Of a stretch of DNA of 64,000 bases, positions 56,572-64,000 are shown one piece after another (position 1 is the first letter of the stretch; each line of letters begins with the position of its first letter). Location: the NCBI GenBank assembly GCA_020637395.1, contig JACJWA010000001.1:1327228-1391227 (forward strand), written 5' to 3'. The DNA is from Calditrichota bacterium. Its GTDB lineage: Bacteria > Electryoneota > RPQS01. A program made the translations under genes and the position numbers. Below the pieces are notes generated by a model. The model did no database searches. It was not told where the DNA came from and saw nothing but the letters and a program-made list of their open reading frames with translations.

Positions 56572-57689
56572 TGTTGTACCACCTGCTGGTTCCATTGCGT
56601 GATCACTTGATCGGGGCGAACCTGTTTCGCTACTTGACATTTCGTTCCGCATTGGCCGCTGTGTTGGGACTCGTGCTTTCGTTTGTGTTCGGCCCGTGGC
56701 TGATTCGCAAACTCAAGGAACATCAGATTGGCGAAGAGATTCGCACTGACGGACCGCAGACGCATTTGAGCAAGAAGGGCACGCCCACGATGGGCGGGCT
56801 CATGATCCTCTTCTGCGTTGCTGTTCCGACTCTTCTGCTGGCGAATCTCACGAATTTCTATGTTCTGCTTACGCTGCTGTCATTTCTCTGGATGGGAGCG
56901 ATTGGGTTTTACGATGACTATCTGAAAGTTGTCAAGAAGAAGAAAGCCGGTCTGGTCGCCCGCTCAAAACTGATCGGCCAAGTCGGTCTCAGCCTTATCA
57001 TTGGTCTGTTTCTGCTGAACTACTCTCACCTCTTCGGACAGAACTTTCATCATCACGTCACTCAGACTACGCTCCCGTTTGTGAAACAAGCCATGCTTGA
57101 TTTCGGGTGGCTTTTCCCGGTCATGGTGGTTATCGTGATCACAGGAACATCCAACGGAGTGAATCTTACGGACGGCTTGGACGGTCTTGCCATCGGAGTG
57201 ACTTCTATTTCGGCGGCGGCGTTCGCGGTCATGTGCTATGTCACGGGAAATGTCAGGTTCTCTGAGTACTTAAACATCATCTATCTCGACGGAGCTGGCG
57301 AGCTGACCATCTTCTGCTCGGCGCTGCTTGGAGCTGGACTCGGATTTCTTTGGTACAACGGCTTTCCCGCTTCGGTCTTCATGGGAGACACTGGAGCTCT
57401 TGCTCTTGGTGGCGCGCTCGGAACACTCGCGGTCTTGATCAAGAAAGAATTCTTTCTGCTTGTCATCGGCGGAATTTTCGTGGCTGAAGCGCTCAGTGTC
57501 ATGATGCAACGCGGCTACTTCAAATACACCAAACGAAGATACGGCGAGGGACGACGTATCTTTAGAATGGCGCCCTTGCACCATCACTTCGAACAACTTG
57601 GTTGGCATGAATCGAAAGTTGTTGTTCGGTTCTGGGTGGTGCAAGTACTCCTGGTTCTGATCAGCTTGACCATGTTTAAGGTGCGCTGA
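56571..57689 (+). CDS. mraY: Phospho-N-acetylmuramoyl-pentapeptide transferase
   Basis: 372 aa polytopic protein with GTPTMGG, NLTDGLDGLA and HHHFE motifs. Confidence 0.95.
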   Translation: MLYHLLVPLRDHLIGANLFRYLTFRSALAAVLGLVLSFVFGPWLIRKLKEHQIGEEIRTDGPQTHLSKKGTPTMGGLMILFCVAVPTLLLANLTNFYVLLTLLSFLWMGAIGFYDDYLKVVKKKKAGLVARSKLIGQVGLSLIIGLFLLNYSHLFGQNFHHHVTQTTLPFVKQAMLDFGWLFPVMVVIVITGTSNGVNLTDGLDGLAIGVTSISAAAFAVMCYVTGNVRFSEYLNIIYLDGAGELTIFCSALLGAGLGFLWYNGFPASVFMGDTGALALGGALGTLAVLIKKEFFLLVIGGIFVAEALSVMMQRGYFKYTKRRYGEGRRIFRMAPLHHHFEQLGWHESKVVVRFWVVQVLLVLISLTMFKVR

Positions 57690-59038
57690 TGCCGGAGAAC
57701 TTCAGTGGGCGGCGTGTCGGGATTCTGGGAATGGGACGAAGCGGAATTGGCGCAGCGAGACTTGTCAAACGGCTCGGCGGGAATGCGCTAATTTCGGATC
57801 GGAAGGACCGGAGACTACTTACGCACGCACTCGACCAGTTGGAAGCCGGCGGAATCGAGGTCGAGTGCGGAACGCATGAGCGGCTCTTTGGTGAAGACTT
57901 CGATATCGTCATCCTTTCTCCGGGAGCAGTTCTTCCCGCAGCGGCCGAGGCAGCGTTTGCTGACAGGAGCATCCCGCTTTGGTCAGAGCTCGAACTCGCA
58001 AGCCGCTGCTGCGAGTGCCCGTGGATCGGAGTGACAGGCAGCAATGGGAAAACCACTACGGTTACGTTGCTGACCGAAATCCTGAATCAGGCGGGATTGC
58101 GCGCTAAGTCCGCCGGCAATATCGGATCGGCATGGAGCGAACATCTGCCGGAAACTGACGTGGATGTTTTTGTCATTGAGGTTTCCAGTTTTCAAATGGA
58201 ACACTCTTCGACACTACGGCCTAAAGTCGGTGTCATTCTGAATGTTCTTGAGAATCACCTGGATCGTCATGGTACCATGGAAATCTACGGTGCTCTGAAG
58301 CTCAAGCTGCTCGAGAATCAGCAGTCAAGCGACTTCGCCGTTCTAAACGCCGATGACCGGTTTCTGGCGGCAAATGCGAGCGGAATAGAGTCCCGAAAAA
58401 TGTACTTCGGATTCGGCGACTCCTGCGACTGGATTGTTCGAGACAAGTCGCTCTGGTCCAAGGAGCATGGAACGGACATTCCGACTCTCGAATCGAACGA
58501 ATGGGATCTGCTCGGAACACACAACTTGCTGAATGCCGCAGCTGCCGCCTGCGCGGCGACCAGCTTCGGTGTTTCAACAGGCCACATTCGCGACTCCCTG
58601 CTCAGAGCGAGGCCCGTGGAACATCGCATTGAGTTGGTTTGCCGCCATGAAGGCGTTCTCTATGTCAACGACTCGAAGAGCACCAACCTTACTGCGACGC
58701 TCACCGCGCTGAATGCCTTGGAAGGAAAAGTAGTCCTGCTTTTCGGAGGAAGACCCAAACTTGAGTCGTTCTCAATGTTGTCTAAGCTCCTTCACTCAAA
58801 GATTTCGACCTTGATCACTTTCGGAGAGGCCCGTGCCAAGGTGCGGCAGGAGGTCGGAGAAAGCGAAAATGTTTGTTATGTTGCGGGACTCGCGGAAGCG
58901 CTGAACACTGCGCGACAGCATACGACGCCAGGCACGACGATACTGCTTTCGCCCGGCTGTGCCTCTTTTGACCAGTATGATAATTACGAAGAACGCGGAA
59001 AGCACTTCAAGTCGCTCGTTCACGCGCTTCACGCCTAA
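57689..59038 (+). CDS. murD: UDP-N-acetylmuramoylalanine--D-glutamate ligase
   Basis: N-terminal Rossmann fold GILGMGRSG and GVTGSNGKTTT. Overlapping stop/start with mraY. Confidence 0.9.
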   Translation: MPENFSGRRVGILGMGRSGIGAARLVKRLGGNALISDRKDRRLLTHALDQLEAGGIEVECGTHERLFGEDFDIVILSPGAVLPAAAEAAFADRSIPLWSELELASRCCECPWIGVTGSNGKTTTVTLLTEILNQAGLRAKSAGNIGSAWSEHLPETDVDVFVIEVSSFQMEHSSTLRPKVGVILNVLENHLDRHGTMEIYGALKLKLLENQQSSDFAVLNADDRFLAANASGIESRKMYFGFGDSCDWIVRDKSLWSKEHGTDIPTLESNEWDLLGTHNLLNAAAAACAATSFGVSTGHIRDSLLRARPVEHRIELVCRHEGVLYVNDSKSTNLTATLTALNALEGKVVLLFGGRPKLESFSMLSKLLHSKISTLITFGEARAKVRQEVGESENVCYVAGLAEALNTARQHTTPGTTILLSPGCASFDQYDNYEERGKHFKSLVHALHA

Positions 59039-59054
59039 CACCTCCGGAATCACT

Positions 59055-60215
59055 GTGCCACACCCGTTGGAAAAAGCAAGACAGAATCTCGACTATCCGC
59101 TGCTCGTTGCGGTCGTTTCTTTGTGCATTGCGGGCATTATCTTCGTATTCACTTCCTCCGCCGCACATGCGTGGCAGACGGCCAGTGGACAGTCCATGTC
59201 CTTTCTGACCAACCATCTTCAGCGGCTGTTTACCGGCATTCTTGCGCTCGTTTTCTTCTATCATCTGAAGTATCAGTATCTGCAGCGTTTCGCGAAAGCT
59301 GCGCTGATTGCAGGAGTTGTCGCATTAATCGCCGTGCTTTTTCTCCCGCAGTTGCATGGAACTTCCGCAAAGCGGTGGCTCATGCTATTCGGATTGAGTA
59401 TTCAGCCAGCTGAGATTGCCAAGTACGCGCTCATTCTTTATGCCGCCAGGCGACTGACCGAGATCGAGGAGTCTTCGTTCCCTTCGGAACGCACACAAAA
59501 GTTTAATGCACTGCTCGTCGTGTCCTCAATTGTGCTTCTGTTGGTCATTTTGGAGCCGAATCTTTCCATGGTTCTGCTCACGTCCGCATCCCTCTTTGTC
59601 ATGTTTTTCCTGTTCGGCCTGGAGTGGAAGAAGATCGCACTCATCGCGGCAACAGGAAGCGTCGGTGTGATCGCGGTGGCCTTGATCAAGCCTTACATGA
59701 TGGCCAGAGTGAGTGCCTTTGCCGCCGGCATTACGGACCCCCTTGCGCTAAGCTATCACGTACGCCAATCGCTGATCGCCGTTGGTCAAGGCGGACTGTT
59801 TGGTTTGGGGCTTGGCCAATCCACCCAAAAGCACTTCTACTTGCCCGAGCCGTACAACGATTCAATCTTTAGCATTATTGGTGAGGAAACAGGTCTTCTG
59901 GGATCTGTTCTGATCCTCTTTGCTTTCGCGGTGCTGGCCGTCAGGGGTTGGAGAATCGCCATGCACGCGACGGATCGTTTCTCATATTTTCTTGCGGCGG
60001 GCATTACCACATCACTCATATGTTCCTTTGTGGTCAATGTCGGAGTAAACCTGGCATTGCTGCCGGCGACCGGACAGCCGCTGCCTTTCGTCAGTTATGG
60101 CGGTTCTTCTTTGGTGATGTCGCTTGCCGCAATTGGAATTCTGCTGAACATGGCAAAACAGCAAAACAAATCTGCGCCATGGCAGGGAGTTGTCCGCACT
60201 CCTTCGTTCGTTTAG
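59055..60215 (+). CDS. ftsW: SEDS-family peptidoglycan polymerase FtsW
   Basis: Polytopic protein with PAEIAKY, LPEPYNDSIFSIIGEE and LPFVSYGGSS motifs. The GTG at 59055 is chosen to avoid overlap with murD, and the start is uncertain. Confidence 0.85.
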   Translation: MPHPLEKARQNLDYPLLVAVVSLCIAGIIFVFTSSAAHAWQTASGQSMSFLTNHLQRLFTGILALVFFYHLKYQYLQRFAKAALIAGVVALIAVLFLPQLHGTSAKRWLMLFGLSIQPAEIAKYALILYAARRLTEIEESSFPSERTQKFNALLVVSSIVLLLVILEPNLSMVLLTSASLFVMFFLFGLEWKKIALIAATGSVGVIAVALIKPYMMARVSAFAAGITDPLALSYHVRQSLIAVGQGGLFGLGLGQSTQKHFYLPEPYNDSIFSIIGEETGLLGSVLILFAFAVLAVRGWRIAMHATDRFSYFLAAGITTSLICSFVVNVGVNLALLPATGQPLPFVSYGGSSLVMSLAAIGILLNMAKQQNKSAPWQGVVRTPSFV

Positions 60216-61307
60216 ATGAAGATTCTGCTTACAGGCGGCGGAACCGGTGGACACGTTTACCCGGCTCTGGCCATTGCAGAAGCAATTCTTGAACTGGAAC
60301 CTCGCGCTCAACTATGCTATGTCGGCAAAGCAAACAGCTTTGAGTCGAAAGCGGTCAGTAGAACTTCAATAGAGTTCCGAACGATCTCTGCAGGTGGAAT
60401 AGTTGGCAAGAGTGCAACCGCAAAAGTCAGGAATCTCATGGCGGTCGCTCAGGGAGTGATTCAGGCGTTCGGGCATTTACGTTCTTTCGCACCAGATGTC
60501 ATTGTCGGAACCGGTGGATACGTGATGGCGCCCGTTCTACTTGCGGCAAAGTTGCGTCGCACACCATATGTGTTGCAAGAGCAGAATTCATTCCCCGGAC
60601 TTACGACAAGATCGTTTGCAGGTGGTGCGCGGTGTGTTTGTCTTGGAAGTGCGGATGCGGCGCGGCATCTGCCGAACGCACGGACTATCGTTACGGGAAA
60701 CCCGGTGCGCCGCTCTCTGATTGAAGCTTCTCGAAAAGCAGTGTTGGTTCCTGCTATCAATAGTGGTCATAGTTTGCTCGTCGTAGGTGGGTCGCTTGGC
60801 GCGCGATCTATCAACCGTGCCGTTGCGGAAGGACTGGACTCTCTTGCAGAGATTTCGAACCTCACGTGGCAATACGGACGTAGCGGACTACCGGAAGTAC
60901 TTTCAAATGACCTGTTCGCGACACTTTCGAACCAAGGCGTTTTGAGTGCAAGCGAGTTCATTGATGACATGCACTTGAAGTACGCGGCCGCTGATCTTGT
61001 GGTATGCCGCGCTGGTGCGCTAACGCTTGCGGAGCTTGCTCTGTTTGGTTTGCCCGCAGTACTCATCCCGTTTCCGCATGCCGCACATCAACATCAGCTC
61101 AGCAATGCGCGCGCGGTGGAAGCAGCCGGAGCTGCTGCCGTTCTTCTCGATGCAGAGCTTACCGGCAAGCGCCTGTGCGAGACGGTGAAAAGCCTTCTTG
61201 AGGATCGAGATAGATTGCAACAGATGTCGCTTGCGATGCGCGCACTCGGAGCGCCAAACGCCGCGTTGGATGTCGCGCGAACTGCAATTGAATGCATACG
61301 GATATGA
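60216..61307 (+). CDS. murG: UDP-N-acetylglucosamine--N-acetylmuramyl-(pentapeptide) pyrophosphoryl-undecaprenol GlcNAc transferase
   Basis: MKILLTGGGTGGHVYPALAIA, with C-terminal AGALTLAEL and HQ..NA motifs. Confidence 0.92.
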   Translation: MKILLTGGGTGGHVYPALAIAEAILELEPRAQLCYVGKANSFESKAVSRTSIEFRTISAGGIVGKSATAKVRNLMAVAQGVIQAFGHLRSFAPDVIVGTGGYVMAPVLLAAKLRRTPYVLQEQNSFPGLTTRSFAGGARCVCLGSADAARHLPNARTIVTGNPVRRSLIEASRKAVLVPAINSGHSLLVVGGSLGARSINRAVAEGLDSLAEISNLTWQYGRSGLPEVLSNDLFATLSNQGVLSASEFIDDMHLKYAAADLVVCRAGALTLAELALFGLPAVLIPFPHAAHQHQLSNARAVEAAGAAAVLLDAELTGKRLCETVKSLLEDRDRLQQMSLAMRALGAPNAALDVARTAIECIRI

Positions 61308-62686
61308 ACCACTCACAGGCTTTCAGGCACGTCAAACGGATTCACATGGTCGGCATCGGCGGTGCGGGAATGTGCGGCATTGCAGAGGTTCTTTGCGCGA
61401 TGGGATTTGAAGTCTCAGGCTCAGATCTTAGTCACTCTGATGCCACCGACAGGCTTGAAAGCTTCGGTATTCGTATCTCGTATGAGCACAGTGCGGTGAA
61501 CGCCGAGCACTCGGATGTCGTGGTCTTCTCTTCCGCCGTCCGGCCTGAGAACCCGGAAGTCAGATACGCGCGCGAGAATCGCATTCCGACTATTCCGCGC
61601 AGCGAAATGCTTGCGGAATTGATGCGCCTCAAGAGCGGCATCGCAGTTTCCGGTACGCACGGCAAGACCACGACCACCTCCATGATCGGCGCGATTCTCT
61701 CTAACGCCAATCTTGATCCAACGATCATCGTTGGTGGAAAGGTTCGCGCACTTGGTACAGGGGCCGCAACGGGGCGAGGAACCTACTTGGTCGCAGAAGC
61801 GGATGAGTTTGACCGCTCTTTCTTAAAGCTCTCCCCCACTCTTGCCGTGATCACCACCGTGGAAGCCGAGCATCTCGATACGTATCTTGATCTTGAAAGC
61901 ATCAAGGACGCTTTCGTGGAGTTCGCGAACAAGGTTCCGTTTTATGGATTGGTTGTCGCGTGTCTGGATGACCATCACACGCGAGATATTCTGCCGCGCA
62001 TCAAACGGCCAACGATTACTTATGGTCGTGCTGCTGAAGCGGACTTCAGGATTGTCTCTGAATCGTACAGCGGAATGACCTGCACGTTCAGTCTGCGTAC
62101 ACCCGAGGGCGAGCAGGTTGATCTTCGGATTGCGGTGCCCGGGCAACACAACGTCTTGAATGCAACTGCCGCGACTGTGATTGCAATCGAGGCAGGAGTT
62201 TCGATTTCGGCTATTCGCACGGCACTCGAGTCTTTCGAAGGCGTGCACCGGCGTTTCGAGCGGAAAGGCACTTGCAACGGCGCACTTGTTTTCGATGACT
62301 ACGCGCATCATCCGACCGAGGTGCGCGTCACCTTAGAGGCCGCGCGCCAGTGCTGGCCCGAACGGAGATTGATCGCGGTGTTTCAGCCCCATCTCTACTC
62401 CAGGACTCGCGACTTCGCACTGGAATTCGCAGAGTCTTTGGCAATTGCGGACAAAGTGATTCTCCTGCCCGTTTATGCGTCGCGAGAGCAAGTCATTCCC
62501 GATGTAAGTTCCGAGTTGATTGCTGAGCCGCTGCGGCGTGCTGGAGTGGATACTGTTCTTATTGAAGAGACTCCGGTGGATGTTTCCGATTTGCGCGCAG
62601 TCTTTTCACCGGACGATGTTGCACTGTTCATGGGCGCGGGTTCGATCACCTCTCTTTCGGCGCAGATTGCCGATTCCAATGATTGA
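61304..62686 (+). CDS. murC: UDP-N-acetylmuramate--L-alanine ligase
   Basis: IHMVGIGGAGMCGIAEVL and GTHGKTTTTSM. ATGA overlap with the murG stop. Confidence 0.92.
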   Translation: MNHSQAFRHVKRIHMVGIGGAGMCGIAEVLCAMGFEVSGSDLSHSDATDRLESFGIRISYEHSAVNAEHSDVVVFSSAVRPENPEVRYARENRIPTIPRSEMLAELMRLKSGIAVSGTHGKTTTTSMIGAILSNANLDPTIIVGGKVRALGTGAATGRGTYLVAEADEFDRSFLKLSPTLAVITTVEAEHLDTYLDLESIKDAFVEFANKVPFYGLVVACLDDHHTRDILPRIKRPTITYGRAAEADFRIVSESYSGMTCTFSLRTPEGEQVDLRIAVPGQHNVLNATAATVIAIEAGVSISAIRTALESFEGVHRRFERKGTCNGALVFDDYAHHPTEVRVTLEAARQCWPERRLIAVFQPHLYSRTRDFALEFAESLAIADKVILLPVYASREQVIPDVSSELIAEPLRRAGVDTVLIEETPVDVSDLRAVFSPDDVALFMGAGSITSLSAQIADSND

Positions 62687-63599
62687 CATCGCTGGTGTGA
62701 TCGCCGCTCACGCTCCCTGTGAGTTGCGTGCCGACGCACCGCTTGCGCCTTTGACCACTTTTCGTGTCGGCGGTCCTGCAAAGGTACTTGCGGAGCCGAA
62801 GACAAGCAAGGAACTGATCGGCCTGCTTGAGCTGATCCGGGCGAATGGGATCCCCTACTTCCTGCTTGGACTTGGTTCCAACCTGCTCGTGTCTGACACC
62901 GGGTTTGATGGCGTGGTCATTCGCCTTCGCGGAGAACTTGCAAGCATTCGCATGGATCGCGGCGATTGCGTTGCGGGACCCGGAGCACGTTTGTTTGCAT
63001 TGACCACATTCGCCGCTGAGAATTCGCTCTCGGGAATAGAGCCTCTTTCCGGAATTCCCGGATCGGTAGGTGGCGGTCTTTGGATGAACGCCGGCGCTTA
63101 CGGGGGTGAGATTTCTGATACATTCGTGGAAGCCGATGTTCTGACGAAATCGCTCAGGCAAGAGAGACTCACGAATTCACAGATTTCCTTTGGTTATAGA
63201 AGTGCTCCCGAGCTCAAAGACATGATCGTGCTCGAAAGCAGGTATCGCCTGAAGCAAGGCGATCAAAGCAGCATCTACGGTGAGATGCGGAGAGTTTGGC
63301 GGCTACGCAAAGAGAAACAACCGATCGAATTCCCAAGTGCGGGTTCGATTTTCAAGCGACCGCCTAATGACTTTGCCGGACGCTTGATAGAAGCCACAGG
63401 TTGCAAAGGGCTGCGCGTCGGCGGAGCAATCGTTTCCGAGAAGCATGCTGGAATCTTTGTCAATGACCGCCGCGCTTCAGCGCTGGACATCGCTACTCTG
63501 ATTCGTGAAGTTCGTCGGCGAATCAAAAAACAATTCGGAATCCTACTAGAAACAGAGATCCTCCCCGTTGGCTACGACTCTGACCCCTTTGCAGTCTAA
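62679..63599 (+). CDS. murB: UDP-N-acetylenolpyruvoylglucosamine reductase
   Basis: LAPLTTFRVGGPA, GLGSNLLV and SAGSIFKRP motifs. Start at MIDIAG, overlapping the murC end by 8 nt. Confidence 0.9.
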   Translation: MIDIAGVIAAHAPCELRADAPLAPLTTFRVGGPAKVLAEPKTSKELIGLLELIRANGIPYFLLGLGSNLLVSDTGFDGVVIRLRGELASIRMDRGDCVAGPGARLFALTTFAAENSLSGIEPLSGIPGSVGGGLWMNAGAYGGEISDTFVEADVLTKSLRQERLTNSQISFGYRSAPELKDMIVLESRYRLKQGDQSSIYGEMRRVWRLRKEKQPIEFPSAGSIFKRPPNDFAGRLIEATGCKGLRVGGAIVSEKHAGIFVNDRRASALDIATLIREVRRRIKKQFGILLETEILPVGYDSDPFAV

Positions 63600-64000
63600 A
63601 CTGCGCAAGCAAAGAAGACGAAGTGCCGTTAAGGTTCTCCTCTGGTGCGGTTTTGCCCTCTGCTTTATGATCCTGCTTGCCGTGAGCGGCAGATTTCTGA
63701 AACGAGGACTCCTGCAGCTTGTCGAGCAGACGAGCGAGTGGCAGTGCAGTGAGATCAGAGTTCAAACCGGCCCCGAGGTATCTCGCGAAGAGGTTCTGGC
63801 TCTTGCCGCTTGTGAGCCAGGTTCCACTCTCGGATTGTATTCGACTGAAGTCCTGCGCACTCGACTGCTGCAGCATCCCTGGATCAAAGATGCGGCCGTG
63901 CGCCGGCTGCCGCCCGATGCATTGCAAATTGTCATCTCGGAGCGGATGTGCATTGGCATCTTGAGAGACTTCCCGGATTTGGGAGTCACGGAAGACATGC
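63589..64000 (+). CDS. ftsQ: Cell-division protein FtsQ (POTRA domain), 3'-truncated by the window edge
   Basis: This frame is not in the ORF track because it runs off the window. Translation: (TTG)QSKLRKQRRRSAVKVLLWCGFALCFMILLAVSG...IRVQTGPEVSREEVLALAACEPGSTLGLYSTEVLRTRLLQHPWIKDAAVRRLPPDALQIVISER, i.e. a basic tail, TM helix and POTRA pattern. The start is uncertain (TTG 63568, TTG 63589 or CTG 63601). Confidence 0.65.
   Translation, partial: MQSKLRKQRRRSAVKVLLWCGFALCFMILLAVSGRFLKRGLLQLVEQTSEWQCSEIRVQTGPEVSREEVLALAACEPGSTLGLYSTEVLRTRLLQHPWIKDAAVRRLPPDALQIVISERMCIGILRDFPDLGVTEDM

Overview
This 64-kb window looks like chromosomal DNA from an uncultured-type diderm bacterium. It is most consistent with the FCB superphylum: two secreted peptidases end in canonical T9SS type-A C-terminal sorting domains, and Omp85, Mla, Tat and MacAB-type genes are present. 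I recognised no rRNA, CRISPR array, integrase, transposase or phage gene. All calls come from reading the sequence and ORF track; no searches were run.

Content, left to right:
- Two tandem paralogous giant gingipain-like (C25) secreted proteins; the first is cut by the window edge.
- Initiator tRNA-Met.
- A minus-strand block: corC/CNNM, yigZ, ppdK, an M1 aminopeptidase with a T9SS CTD, and a third C25 protein (1431 aa).
- A cold-shock protein, a gamma-carbonic-anhydrase-like protein and a small two-TM protein.
- A 2-gene sugar module: GDP-mannose 6-dehydrogenase-like plus GT4.
- Aminopeptidase P, a Zn-ribbon methyltransferase, tRNA-Gly(CCC) and a lipoprotein.
- A gapless 10-kb minus-strand chain: hsp20, lon, comF, an S8/FG-GAP/T9SS peptidase, coaE and an S9 peptidase.
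- A secreted EEP-family enzyme that carries the same C-terminal cassette as one C25 protein.
- An unlisted tatA.
- A monocistronic MerR-HTH::receiver hybrid with a near-consensus promoter and palindrome.
- A Peptidase_MA-like/PD40/Omp85 fusion followed by mlaE-mlaF.
- A convergent MacA/MacB-type pair.
- A nearly complete dcw cluster: mraZ, a small ORF, rsmH, ftsL, ftsI, murE, murF, mraY, murD, ftsW, murG, murC, murB and partial ftsQ.

I found no self-contained new system that I can defend. The most interesting signals are:
1. A modular C-terminal cassette (Ig-like, Cys-containing beta-sandwich, FN3-like tail) shared by unrelated catalytic heads. It is distinct from the T9SS CTDs in the same window.
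2. The HExxH/beta-propeller/Omp85-barrel fusion next to mlaEF.
3. The MerR::REC regulator with a palindrome over its own -10 element.
4. A STAS-like mini-ORF inserted in the dcw operon.
5. An Asp at the position aligned to the catalytic His in one of the tandem C25 paralogs.
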